Shown: positions 1 through 11,919, counted from the stretch's first letter. The stretch: DNA of 64,000 bases from Stegostoma tigrinum (GCF_030684315.1 NC_081396.1:9167628-9231627); one strand, 5' to 3'. Made by a program: numbers and translations. Notes: generated by a model from the letters alone, not told the origin.

Positions 1-99
1 CAGGCAGCATTATGTGGAATCACTTCAATTCAGGACAGCACAGTTTAAGGGAAATTTAACGTGTTTGTTGCTCTCCATTAATGCATTTTTAACAGTTAC

Positions 100-850
100 A
101 TAATCATAGTCATACAGTCATCGCCGTAGACTTATCGAATACGGAAACAGGCTCTTTCTCCAAGCAATTCGTGCAGGCGATAATCCCAAACTGAACTAGT
201 CCAAGCTGCCCTCGCTTTGCCCGTATCCTTCAAGAAATTCTTATTCGGGTACTTAGCTAAATGTCTCATTAAAGCTGTTAGTACACTGCATCCACCACTT
301 CCTCTGAAGTTCATTCCAAGCACAAACCACTCTCTGTGTTACTAGAAAGCCCCTCATTTCTTTTCGAAATCTTTCTCCTCTCATCCTTAAAAATACATCC
401 CCCCGCCTTGAATTCCCCTCCCTGGGGAAAAGACCCCCACCATTAACCTTACATATACATCTCGTGACATCATAAACCTTTCTAAGTTCACCCCTCAGCT
501 TCCTACGCTCCAATGAAAAAAGTCCTCGTCTATACAGCCTTTCCTTAAAACTCAGATCCTCCATTCTCGGCAACAGCCTGGCAAATCTCTTCAGAACCTG
601 TCCAGCCGAATGATATCATCTCTGTAACCTGACCAGAACTGGACAAAGTACTCCAGAAGTGTCCTCACCAGCGTCCTGTACAAACTGAACATCATGCCCT
701 CAGGGTTTCACTCAAACGTCTGAGCAACAAAGGCAAGCATACTAAATGCCTTCTTAGCCGCCCTATCTAAATGTGAAGCAAAGTTGACAGAATTGTGAAT
801 CTGAACCCCGAGGTCTTTCTATTCTGCAGACTATCCAAAGCCCTATTTTT
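100..850 (-). mobile_element. CR1-clade (HER1-like) LINE 3' fragment
   Basis: ORF 253-573(-) LSFKERLYRRGLFSLERRKLRGEL...QRVVCAWNEL matches the CR1 ORF2 C-terminus and is degenerate. Confidence 0.8.
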
Positions 851-864
851 GATGTTGAAATGGA

Positions 865-1030
865 GATCCTGGTTTTGGACTGGTTTGGACAATTGCAGAA
901 GTCACATGACACCAGGTTATAGTCCAACACGTCGATTTGAGTTCACGTGACGAAGGAGCAGCACCTTGAAAGCTTGTGATTTCAAATAAACCTGCTGGAC
1001 TATAACTTGGCGTCGCATGACTTCTGACTA
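865..1030. mobile_element. Short palindromic Penelope-derived element (second family) with degenerate hammerhead core
   Basis: Inverted arms agaagtcacatgacaccaggttatagtccaac / gctggactataacttggcgtcgcatgacttct flank gtgacgaaggagcagcaccttgaaagctt. Confidence 0.55.
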
Positions 1031-2059
1031 CTTTTAATCATGTAAGTTTTGCCTTTCTTTTATGAAACTGAGAGAGCCTCTTATTTATCTGAATTAAACT
1101 CGATCTTCCACTCTTCACAAAGTTGATGGGCATGGTAAAAACTAATATCCATCAGCTATGTAATGCCACCTTGCATGTTACCACCCTTTACAAAGCAGAC
1201 TGATATCTCAGGGTAAGGTTACTGCCTAACATATCAGGAAATCAGCAGAGCAGAGAACTGCTTGTCGATTCCTTGACACATGGAAAATCTACATCACAGT
1301 TCTGATGAGTCATTTTCAGCACTTTAAAAAATGGGGAAAACACCAACGTTGAAAAAACTAATAAGTTCAGAGGCTACTAATAGCGGATCGACAGGAAAAG
1401 CTTAACTCCTTCTCAGGCCTAAGCAATATCCAGAACCTAGCAACATCGCTGTTAAAATGTTGTCAGACCACTGACAGGACTGAAGGCATTCCGACTGCTT
1501 GGCTTAAAACATTTTCAGACTGTTGTCTAGAAAACATCATTGTGTCGGCATAGGAATAATAATTTTCCATATGTCTCGAAAATGATAAGAACTGATTGCA
1601 TTGATACATTTCTTTAAATATTTATCTTAAAACATTACTTCTCATTATCACAGAGTTGTGGACAGTGTGGGATTGGATTCTGTCTATGCTAGTCAACGTA
1701 ACCATTGCCTGGGATGCTTTTCCAGTCTGTCAACATGGACATTCCACTTGTAAAGAAATCCCCAAATATTCTTTTAACGACTGAATTAAGAGTGCAGTAT
1801 TCTTTGTTCAGGATAGACTAGGCAGAATTCGCCCTTTATTTGATAACATGTATTGTCTCCTTAATTTTCTGTATGATCGAAAGTAAATCTTGCACACTAT
1901 CAACGGATAGATTACCTATATCTGTAGTGAAGTTATTTTGGAGCTGAACTGTCTATCTATCATGTTAACAAATTGATTCACACCAAACTGAAGAGAGACA
2001 GGACCATTCATGATCCAGCGATGTATTTGCAATGAGGTGATTTTCTTTAATAAACATAG

Positions 2060-2390
2060 TGGCGGCACCTCACAGCACCAGGGACCCGGGTTCGATGCCA
2101 TCCTTGGGCACACTGTCAGAGTGGAGTTTGTACATTCTTCCCGTGCCTGCATGGGTTTCCTCTAGGTGTTCCGGTTTCCTCCCACCGCGTCAAGATGTGT
2201 AGGTCAGGTGGGTTGGCCATGTTAAGTTGCCCCATATTCTCCAGGGATGTGCAGGCTGAGTGGATTAGCCACGGTAAATAGTGGGTTGTGGGTATAGGGT
2301 GAGGGGTTGGATTGGTGGGATGCCCTTCAGAGAATCTGTTCAGACTTATGAGCTGAACGGCCTCTTTTCACATTGTTGAATTTATATAAT
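2060..2390 (+). mobile_element. HE1-type tRNA-derived SINE
   Basis: ggcggcacctcacagcaccagggacccgggttcgat...gtggagtttgtacattc...ccggtttcctcccac. Confidence 0.8.
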
Positions 2391-3250
2391 TCTAATGGCT
2401 TTGGCCTCGAAATGTTTCCTGAGTGATTGCAGGAAAGTACCCTATATTTCACATTCCATCAGATCTTATTCATATTTCTCTAAGTAAAGCCTGAGGCTAA
2501 TTCATTGAAACATTTGTGCCAAGTGAGAAAAAGAACCATTGCGTCCTGCACAGGAGGAACTCACTTTCAACTTCATGGCAGGCTCAGTGTTAATGACGTT
2601 GTGGGAGAAAAACGTGGATTTTCTGCAGACCATGCGGAAACATGAGATGCAGGGAACTGCCAGCAGTCCATCAGGGACAGAATATCAGTGGAATTGTTTG
2701 GCCATAATATGGAATTATGCCGAGATTCAAAAACGTGTTGATGACTGAAAACAGTAATGGACTTCAGAAATTAATTGACAAATATTGCTGATTTATGGAG
2801 TCAAATAACTGAAAGCATTTCTGTTGAAAAATTTGAAATTTACATTTTGGTAACCGGTCTGAATAAAGTGTGTAATTTTAAAATGTGGTAAGAACAACCT
2901 GGGCATTGGTAACAGAAGTATTTGAAGGTAGCAACATACATTGAGAAAATTACTCAAAACTCTATGGGATAATTCCGCTCGAGACAGTGGGTTGTGGGGG
3001 GGTGGGGGGGGGGGGGGGGGGAGAGCTTCCAGCCTTGTGGTGAATATGGTAAACAATGACAAATAATTTACTTTGTGTTTAATTGATTTTATGGAACACA
3101 TACAGAATGATCGATTGCCCATTTACAGCAAAAATGACGAGAAATGTTTACAACTAAAGATTTATTGATAATTCGAATTAACAGCAACAAGTGAACGCTG
3201 TTACAATTAAGACTGAAACAAGAAGACCACCGAGTCGTTGCTGAAAACAG

Positions 3251-3332
3251 CGACGAGAGCGGGCCTCCAACCCACGCGTGCCAAGTACAATAGATTAGCA
3301 GTCCATCGCCTTAAACTCTCGGCCACCTCGTC
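3251..3332 (-). pseudogene. tRNA-Ser(GCT) pseudogene, copy 1
   Basis: Minus strand GACGAGGTGGCCGAGAGTTTAAGGCGATGGACTGCTAATCTATTGTACTTGGCACGCGTGGGTTGGAGGCCCGCTCTCGTCG aligns to vertebrate tRNA-Ser-GCT. The B box/T-loop is mutated (GGTTGGAGG). It is followed by a T4 run. Confidence 0.85.
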
Positions 3333-3339
3333 ATCTGCA

Positions 3340-3600
3340 GAGCGCCAGAGACATGGTTCAATTCCGCCATCGCTGACTGTCAGTGTGGTGTTTGCATGTT
3401 CTCCCCGTGTCTGCGTTGTTCTGCTGGGTGCTCCTGTGTCCTCCCATAGTCCAAAGACGCAGATGCCAAGTGGATAGGCAGTGCTAAATTGCCCGCAGTG
3501 TTCAGTTATGTGCATGGTAAGTGTGTTGTCGGGGATGTTTGAAGGGTCGGTATGGATTTGTTGGAATGGTGGGCCTGTTTCCACACTGTCAGGATTCTGT
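3340..3600 (+). mobile_element. HE1-type SINE, 5'-truncated
   Basis: gtggtgtttgcatgttctccccgtgtctgcg...ctcccatagtccaaagacg...gggcctgtttccacactgt. Confidence 0.75.
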
Positions 3601-5344
3601 AAAAAGAATTTGTCAGGATATCAAATGGTAGAAGCATTACATGGGAAAGAATATTTTTCGATTAATTTCAACAACGATTCGACTGAAATGACTCAGCTGT
3701 CCTGAGGGACAGATTGTTCTGCCTTTACTCGTGTAACTCTGTTATCAGGCCTCCATATTCCGATATAAAAAAACTCAGGATTTTGTATTCATCATTTGGA
3801 GTTGAAGCTTATTGACAGTGTTTTGTGTGAAGTCTTCCATGAATACATATGACTAATATGACGCATGGATGCCAACGGATGGGTCTTTTTAGATATTCAT
3901 TTCTTTTTCGAAATTTGTGCAAGAAGTTGTTAGAGTACAAAGCCATTAATTCATATGCACAGATACCTGTCATAAGTAGAAAACCATCAGCTGTCATAAT
4001 TGTACGCACGTTTTGTTCTTTAATTTCATAAACGTATAAGTCAAGTTAAACTTAAAATAATTTCCATGCAGATCTGTGGATATTGTTAAGAAATGAACAC
4101 TTTTCATAGCATCAGTGACCATGCTCATGTTCGCCATTGATCAAGACATTCTCCTGCCAGGAACACATACAACTGCCCAATCGCACCGACTGCAAGCACG
4201 AAAACGATACAGCAATTATCTTCCGGTGAAGGAAATATTTTGTGATACCTTAATTCTTTTAAGAAGAGTGATTCCATCTGAAAGTTACATGTGGACTCAC
4301 CGTGACTATCACCACCACTTTAAATTATAAATGTCGTTAAGTGCGAAAAGGCTCCCTGTGTTCTCGTACGTTACACAGTGGGCCTACCTATGGAGCAGAA
4401 ATTGATCATTTTCAGGCTATATTTAGTGTGCAGCCAACGGGTTTGGGGAGTGTCAGGTCCATTTGAACATTAAGGATTATTTTCATGTTCTGGATAATTA
4501 AAAAAAAAACTTTTTTTTGACAGAAAATAACCAATGGCCAAACATTGTAAAATGTCTAATGTGTATATTCTGTCAGAGTTTCAGTTGCCACCTGCCCCAG
4601 ATAAATATCTTTCGTCTCACTGCCACTCTTCAACGAATGTGCAATGTTATTGACATAAAGGACATAACTGTTTTATTTGTCAATTTTACCGTGAGAAAGA
4701 TTCCTTGTGAATAAAGGAGACATATCGTTAGTACTGTTTTAACAGTTGACCGTCAGTTGATGAGAATTGCGCACTACTGCTGTAACCTGACAGGGACAGT
4801 TGTGGTCCAAAGATGTCAGTACGAAACAGGTGCACTTCCGGTTCTAACGGTAGTTTTTCATCTCCAACTGACTCTTAGGTGGAAGCAAAAGGGCAGTGAT
4901 AAAATGATTTCGTAGGAGGTATTTGAAGACCTGCACACACTGCTGACACAGTTTATTCACACCTCAATTGCATTTTGTGGTGAAATCAACAAAATGATGA
5001 AGTAGTTTAATTAAGATAGAAATTGATATGGAAATATTTTCATGCGATACAGAGAATGTTGAGGTGGCTACTTGTGCACCCAATAAGTTAAACTAGCAAA
5101 TGAAACGGAGGAAGCATTTCGGGGAAAATGTTCTGGAGCAAAATCTTTGCAGAAAGCTGTTACAATTCAGTCATCGTGTAGAATTTGGAACCTGAAACAA
5201 CCTTATTGACTTCTTTACGACCTTAAGAAGTCCTAAAACGTTTTTCAGCAAAGCTTTTTATTTTCAGTCACTGCATAATGAAGCAGGAAATATGAACACA
5301 ACAAGCTGTCAAAACAGTAAAATGAACAAGAACAGATATTGTCT

Positions 5345-5600
5345 CGTGGTGGTTTCTGTTGTGGGAGAATATTGGCGAGGGCACGGGGCTCTCCTGCCCT
5401 TTAAGTGGCATCTTGGAATATTTAATCTCCACCTGCAGATTAAGGATTGGTCCTGTATTTGATATCTGATGCAACAGAGAACGTCTCGAACATTTCAGCA
5501 ACTGCCGATTGTCTTTTAGCTTCAATTCCAATGTCCACGTCCGGGAATAGGAGTTGATTCCATGTGCAGTTATCGCATTGTGAGTGCCTGTCTCCACCCG
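5345..5600 (-). mobile_element. Old Deu-domain (SacSINE1-like) SINE remnant; paralog at ~13945-14110 has an internal deletion
   Basis: Degenerate match to recalled consensus blocks (aatattggc..gcac.ggg..ctcctgc; atcttggaatatttaatctccacctg). Confidence 0.4.
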
Positions 5601-6142
5601 GTGAACAGTTGGTGGAAATCCTTATTATGGCAGATAGCAACATACTTCTTCATCTGGATATGTTTTGAAGAAAACGTGGAACATTAGAAGAACGAGATGT
5701 GTGGATCAGAAGATTATTGAAAGGAATCCAGTGTTTATGGGTGCAATGACTGAAGAAATTACAGCAGATGATGTGATTTAATTCAGGAAGTGCGGGGGCA
5801 TTGGTGACTTTTGCGGGTGTAGTAAGTACAGACTTAGAGAGGGACAAAGTCATGGAGTGATTCTATGAAAATAAAGAAATGGATGAGGATTTTAAAATAT
5901 TGGCGTTTGTTAAATGGAATACACCAGGGCTGAGAGGACGTGCTCTGGGTAAACTTATGATCCTGCAAATTGGCAAAAGATTTCTGATGTTATCGAGCTG
6001 ATGAGTTCCAGAAAATGGGACGGTGATCAAAGCTGAGATTGGTTATCATAATGGCAATGGTTTCAGAAGTGCAACATGAGGGTGAGCACTGTTACACTGG
6101 TGAAGCATACACGGAAAGTAAAGCAGACTATGCTATTACCAC

Positions 6143-6333
6143 AGGTAATCGGAACTGCAGATGCTGGACAGTCCGTGATAAGAAAGTGTGTATCTGGATG
6201 AAAAATTCTGATGAAGGGTCTAGGCCCGAAACGTCAGCTTTTGTGCTCCCGAGATGCTGCTCGACATGCTGTGTTCATCCAGATATACACTTTCTTATCA
6301 CGGATTGTCCAGCATCTGCAGTTCCGATTATCT
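6143..6333. mobile_element. Penelope-derived hairpin element with 60-bp inverted arms and a hammerhead core
   Basis: Arms 6143-6202 and 6274-6333 are complementary at 57/60 positions. The loop contains ctgatgaagggtctaggcccgaaacgtc. Confidence 0.8.
6208..6235 (+). ncRNA. Minimal type I hammerhead ribozyme motif (PLE-type)
   Basis: CUGAUGA-A-GGGU(CUAG)GCCC-GAAAC-GUC. Confidence 0.65.
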
Positions 6334-7118
6334 ACGATCACCAGGATGCCATTTACATCCTCCCTACAGTGCCGTCCTTCATTCCACCCTTTTTACCTTC
6401 CATCCTTCCTTCTGTTTACGCTCACTAATTCTATACCTACACTGTTGATTTATATGCCCACAATGCTTAAATAAGCACTGTGGAGTCTCTGTGAGGCCAT
6501 TTCAGTGCACATACTTAAAAGATGGGTTTCCCAAACAATACAATGGCGGTTGTTAGGTGACCTTTCCATCTTACACGATGTATCAGCACTGAATTTTTAC
6601 ACCAGTGTCATCTGCTGAGGTGAGCCACACTGACTTTTCCCTGCTTTTTGGAGAGACAGCTGTGTGCAATTTGTCCTGATTTCATTATCGTTTGAATTCA
6701 TCTTTTGTAGATTGTGTAAATAAAAGAGAGTAAGAATTGTCTTTACATAGCACCTTTCACCATTTCAGGATTTCACAATGCGGGACCACATTTCACAATT
6801 AAAGCTGTGTTTGGATGCCGTACTCATTTAAATGTAGTTCCAGGGGCTCCACTGCACTTCTTGAAATACAGCACGAATCTTAAACGTTGTCTGGAGGCAA
6901 CAAATGAGGTCCAATTTTACACTTCATTCAAATAATCTTTCAGCACTTCACTGAAACGTCATCTGAGGTTATCGGCTCAAATTTCAGTGTTTGAGTATAA
7001 AACTTGTTTATTCTGTGGGAAGAGTGGTCCCTCTGAGTTACAGTAGTCAGGGATTGACAGGATTAGCAGGTCTGGACGAGGCAGAGAATTCATGAAGGGC
7101 ACCTCACTCAGAGCTGAT

Positions 7119-7156
7119 AGTTTTTGTACAGTGCCAAGGATATACGTACCATGGTG
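7119..7156 (-). promoter_or_regulatory. V recombination signal sequence (heptamer CACCATG, 22-nt spacer, nonamer ACAAAAACT)
   Basis: Directly abuts the V exon end (TGT GCA GCT GTG AAG). Heptamer 7156-7150, nonamer 7127-7119. Confidence 0.9.
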
Positions 7157-7464
7157 CTTCACAGCTGCACAGTAATACCTGGCCGAGTCAGACACTTGGG
7201 TGTCCGTGATGTTTAAAGGAATGTTTGTGTTCATCATGTCCTGTATGGCTGAAAACCGCTTCACAAAACTCGGTGCGGTGTGTTCATTACCCGAAGTGTG
7301 TCTTACCAACATGTACTGAAGGCCTTTTCCCGAGTACTGCACATACCAGAACAGATCAGCGGCAGTGTATGTCATGGGGTACTTACAGGACAATGCTACA
7401 GTCTCTCCTTCACTCACTGATACTACTGGTGGCGTTTGGGAAAGTTCATTCTGTCGGCAGGGCT
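7157..7464 (-). CDS. TCR alpha/delta-type variable gene segment V1, V exon
   Basis: Acceptor ttcttttccag. Open frame PCRQNELSQTPPVVSVSEGETVALSCKY...LFWYVQYSGKGLQYML...LNITDTQVSDSARYYCAAVK has the Ig V-set Cys/Trp/Cys and DSAxYYC motif, followed by an RSS. Confidence 0.92.
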
Positions 7465-7868
7465 CTGGAAAAGAAATAGTTACAAACATAACTTTTACAG
7501 GTTAACGTTTCTTAAAGTTTGGACGAAATACCGAATTTAATACGAGTGTGCTCAATTCACATCCCTTCCAGAATTCAACGACACAGCCAAAATTTTTGTC
7601 CGTCGTTTTGCACATTCTGGACTATTCACCATGCAAGTTTTCTCTCGGTGTGCTGTTCAGCTGAGAGAGCAGGTCAAGGGGGAATATTCCTTCCTGCAAA
7701 TCTCCCATTCTGAGAGTAACAGGCCTGCTACTTTAAATAGCAAAAGACACTGACGTCTGATCAAAGCCCTAGGATGTATGTATCAATAATAGATAGAAAT
7801 ATAAAAGAAAGAAGATGAACAGTGAACGTAACAAGCATGCCAACAATATAATCTGGCAAAATACGTAC

Positions 7869-7956
7869 TCAGCGGAAACATTATGACGAAAAATAACACT
7901 TTCACAGTCACTGGTTTGGTCCAGCAGATACACAGTTGTCGAGAAGAAACGTTCAT
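7869..7956 (-). CDS. V1 leader exon
   Basis: MNVSSRQLCICWTKPVTVKVLFFVIMFPL plus 1 nt, then a GTACGT donor. Phase 1 joins the V exon in frame, and the exon is conserved in copy 2. Confidence 0.7.
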
Positions 7957-8083
7957 GTTGTTTTCTTAGTCAATTCTCTTGTCTTCTGCAGAGGTGTGTG
8001 CTGGGTGTTATGTTAGTTTTCACAAGGATATAAACACGCTCTTCATAGACGATATGGACATCACATCATATATTTGGCAACCC

Positions 8084-8115
8084 AGCAGCTGATAGGTTTC
8101 ATGGAGGAAGTGGTG
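8084..8115. promoter_or_regulatory. Candidate V1 promoter module (E-box CAGCTG overlapping GATA; ETS GAGGAAGT)
   Basis: Lies ~130-155 nt upstream of the leader ATG. The same motifs occur at 16919-16944. Confidence 0.35.
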
Positions 8116-8249
8116 GGAAGGACAAACAATTTGAACAAATCAGAAGAAACTGCACCTGAACCTCAATGGTGACTTTCTCTAATGACCGCCATTTTCATAA
8201 ATTGAAGTAAAAACCGTTTTCTTTATTTTTGTTATCATTAGTCATTTAG

Positions 8250-8770
8250 CAGACATTGGCGATGATTTCAATGGACGAATTTATTGACCATCCCTAATTG
8301 CCCTACAAAAGATGGGCAAAGTTGAATTCTTGATGGACAATTGTCCTTGAGATGCAACCAATATGTACAATGCCGTATTGAATGGAGATCCATTACTCTG
8401 ACTTCGTGAGAGTGAAGGGGTGGAATCTGCGACCTTTGCTGCATCTGCCATCATTGTGTAGGGAGGGGGAATGTTTATGGATCAGATGCCAATAATGCTT
8501 CCCCTTAGATTGTGTCGAGCTGCATGAGTTTTGATGCAACTAAGCACGTCCAGGCATATGAAGAGTATTTCATTGCTCACTTATGCACTGATGATGTTTT
8601 CGAATCTTTGGGCAGACTGGTTTGATGTGCTGTCTGTCGCAATCGTCGCTGTTGATGCATTTTGCCTATGACAATATTCACATCGATTTCCCAGTTCAGG
8701 CTCTGGATGATGTCACCCACAGGACATTGATCGTGGGAGATGGAGTGATGGCAATGCCATTGACTGCCAA
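8250..8770 (-). mobile_element. Old CR1-type LINE 3' fragment (paralog ~17095-17710)
   Basis: Reverse complement of the tail (tttattgaccatccctaattgccc), plus gatggagtgatggcaatgccattga. Confidence 0.55.
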
Positions 8771-9019
8771 GAAGAGAGAGAAAAGTTCTCTTATTTTTCA
8801 GAAAGTCATTTACAATCCTTCTGGTGGTATTAAATTTGTCTCCCATTTTTCAGACCAAAATTGTTATTTTCCCATTCTCACATATCGGATGCTTCATAAC
8901 CTGATGACCAGAAGAGAAATACATGGAAGCTGAGGATTCCAGTGGGGATGATGATGCTTTGGAAAATGTTAACATTTATTAGGAGCAGGTATGGTGTAGT
9001 TTTGATGGAATAAAGGTGC

Positions 9020-9680
9020 ACAAATCCACGTGGCATCGTGCGATATACCCCCAGGCTTTTTGGGGAAGCAAGGGAGGAGATTTCTGTTCTCTTAGCAGAG
9101 ATATTTGATAATTCCTTTGCTCAAGAAGTGCAGCAGGGATAGGCTAGGTCATTACTGGCAGGTGATTCTGAGATCAATGGCAGTGAGTACTTTGGTTAAA
9201 AAGTTTGGAGGGACAGGAATAATCAACACATGAAAAAGCAGGGATTTCTGAGGGATAGTCAGAATGGATTTGTTAGAAGGAGATCCTGTCTGACTAAATT
9301 AATTGAGTTTACATTTGACTGGTAGTAGTGCTATTGATGTGTCAACATGGACAAGGTTCTACATATAAAGTTAATCCAAAAGGTAAGGACCCACATGGGT
9401 TCACGGTTAGTTGGCAACTTGGTTCCAAAATTGCCTTGCAAGCAGAAGGCAAAAGGTAATGGTAGAGAGATGCTTGGAAGCCTTTGACCAGAGGGGTACC
9501 ACATGAAATGGTGCTAGTGGTACTTGTTCTTCATTGTGTGTATTAACGACTTGGATGTGAATGTATAAGGTACAATTAGCAAGCTTGCAAATTGCAAGTA
9601 AATTGGTATTGTTGTTGTTACTGAGGAAGATGGTCTCAGGATATAGTCTGATACGAGCAGCTGATAAAATGAACAGTGGT
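9020..9680 (+). mobile_element. CR1/HER1 LINE RT fragment (paralog ~17960-18620)
   Basis: gatagtcagaatggatttgttagaaggagatcctgtctgactaaatt (decayed QHGF..GRSCLTNL block). Confidence 0.65.
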
Positions 9681-10699
9681 GAATGTCACACAGGAAAAAA
9701 ATGGCTTCTGAGAGTATTTGGGCCTTAGAATGCATTTAGAATAGTATGATACATGTGAATTCAGCGATTTATAAATGAAATTGAATAGATAGCTGAACTA
9801 GTGCAATTTGCATGAATGTCTTGACCCATCTGAAGCATTGTTCTACAAAAGAGACAAGACTAGCATATTATATTGAATATCCCATTTTGTGTTCTGCAAA
9901 TCTGTGAATGTATAAAAAGTGCAGTGTTAAAATGAAATTATTGATTGTATTGTGGACATATCTACACCTCAATGTGCAGTCATTGAATAATTGTGTTCAC
10001 CAGCATGGTACCCCGCCATGGTAATAGTATTGAGCTAGTCAGCAATGCCAATATCCCATCCGAGTTCTGATCATGGAACAGGGAGTTCCCAACACGACAT
10101 CAACGCATTGTGACAAATGCATTATTTCCTTAATGTTTACATAAGGGATGTCAGTATATTGCAGGGCTTAGCTAGAATTTTGCATACCGAAATAGATAAT
10201 AGCACAATCATCAGTTTTCTTTTGCACACTTAGTTCAAGTTGTCCATTCTGTCCATCATTATCTTCAAATCATATCGCAAAACATGCAATAGTCACACTC
10301 TGCAATTTCATTATCACATACTCAAGAGTTTTTGTTTTCCACCATAACTCTTCCAATCTGTCCACATGGACCTTCCACACGTAAAGAAATCACCAAACAG
10401 CCTTTTAAAGATCGAATAAAGGGAGCACACAATTGCTTGTTCAGGATGACCAGGAAGAAATCGCCCTTTATTTTAAAAGAAAACATACATTATCTCCTTA
10501 ATATTCTGTTTAAACTAAAAAAGAAACTTGCACACTTTCAGCAGATAGATAATCTAGATCCGCAGCGAAATTTGTTTGGAACTGAATTGTTTATCTATCA
10601 CGTTAACAAATTAATTCACACCAAACCGAAGAGAGAATGAACCATTCACGATCCAGCAATCTATTTTCAATGAGGTGGTTTTCTTTTATAAACATATCC

Positions 10700-11025
10700 A
10701 GGCGGCACCTCGCAGCACGAGGGACCCGGGCTCAATGTCATCCTTGGGCCCACTGTCAGAGTGGAGTTTGTACATTCTCCCCGTGCCTTTCCTCTGGGTT
10801 CTCCGATTTCCTCCCACCGTGTAAAGATGTGCAGGTCTGGTGGATTGGCCTTGTTACGTTGCCCCGTATTGACCAGGAATGTGTTGGCTAAGTGGGTGAG
10901 CCATGTTAAATAGGGGGTTGCGGGCGTAGGGCAAGAGGCTAGATTGGTGGGATGCTCTTCAGAGAATCAATGCAGATTTAATGGGCTGAATGGTCTCTTT
11001 TCACATTGTAGGATTTTTATGATTC
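10700..11025 (+). mobile_element. HE1-type SINE (paralog of 2060-2390)
   Basis: ggcggcacctcgcagcacgagggacccggg...gtggagtttgtacattctccccgtg. Confidence 0.8.
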
Positions 11026-11820
11026 TAATGGCTTTGGCCTCGAAATGTTTGCTGAGTGATTGCAGGCAAGTATCCCATATTTCACATTCCATCAGATTTT
11101 ATTCATTATTTCTGTAAGTAAAGTGTGAGGCTAATTCACTGTAATGTTTGTGCCAAGTGAGAACAGGAACCATTGTGTCCTGCACAGGAGGAAGGTACTT
11201 TCAACTTCTTCATGTCATTCTCAGAGTTAATGACGTTGGGGGAAAAAGTATGGATTTTCTGCGGAACACGCAGAAACATGAGAAGCTGGGAACTGCCAGC
11301 AGTCCATAAGGGACAGAATATCAGTGGAATTGCAGGCCATAATATGGAATTATGCCACGATATTAAAAAGTGCTGATGACTTAGATTGAAACGGATTTCA
11401 GAAATTAATTTCCAAATGTTTATGATTTAGATAGACAAATAACTGGAAACATTTCTGTTGAAATTTTAGTTTTGGTAAGTGGTATGAATAAAGTGTGCAA
11501 TTTTAAAATGTGGTAAGAACATCTGGGGCAGTGGTAACATAAGTAGTTGAAGGTAGCAACATACGTTGAGAAAACCCTGTTGAATAATTCCACTCGAGCA
11601 AGTGCCCATCCTTGTGATGAATATGGTAAATATTGACAAATTATTTACTTTGCATTTAAGTGATTTTATGGAGCACATACAGAATGATCAATTGCCCATT
11701 TACTGCAAAAGCGACAAGAAATTTTTACAACTAAAGATTTCTTGATAATTGGAATTAACAGCAGCAAGTGAATGCTGTTACAATTAAACAAAAAGACCAC
11801 CAACTTGTGGCTGGAAACAG

Positions 11821-11898
11821 CGACGAGAACGGGACTCGAACCCACGCAAAGCACAATAGATGAGCAGTCTATCGCCTTAAGCTCTCAGCCACTTCGTC
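11821..11898 (-). pseudogene. tRNA-Ser(GCT) probable pseudogene, copy 2
   Basis: GACGAAGTGGCTGAGAGCTTAAGGCGATAGACTGCTCATCTATTGTGCTTTGCGTGGGTTCGAGTCCCGTTCTCGTCG. The B box is intact, but there is a 4-nt variable-arm deletion, C at position 37 and an acceptor-stem mismatch. Confidence 0.8.
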
Positions 11899-11919
11899 AT
11901 CTGCAGGACGCCTTACTGG

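Noticed and set aside
4760-6130. Clusters of short ORFs repeated in both cassettes
   Set aside because: Frames are not conserved between copies, and the region overlaps old SINE/L2 remnants.
6476-6482. CACTGTG heptamer downstream of V1 (also ~15309) as a possible D/J RSS or NAR-TCR-style cluster
   Set aside because: There is no nonamer at 12 or 23 nt and no FGxG J motif. Both V genes have their own leaders and lack IgNAR-like features.
7168-7174. Embedded TACTGTG cryptic heptamer at the V 3' end
   Set aside because: It is dictated by the Tyr-Cys codons and is common to most V genes.
6977-7489. ORF-track starts and C-terminal tails for the V genes and GPCRs
   Set aside because: The starts lie in introns or at internal non-ATG codons, and the V tails read through the RSS. 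Spliced models are given instead.
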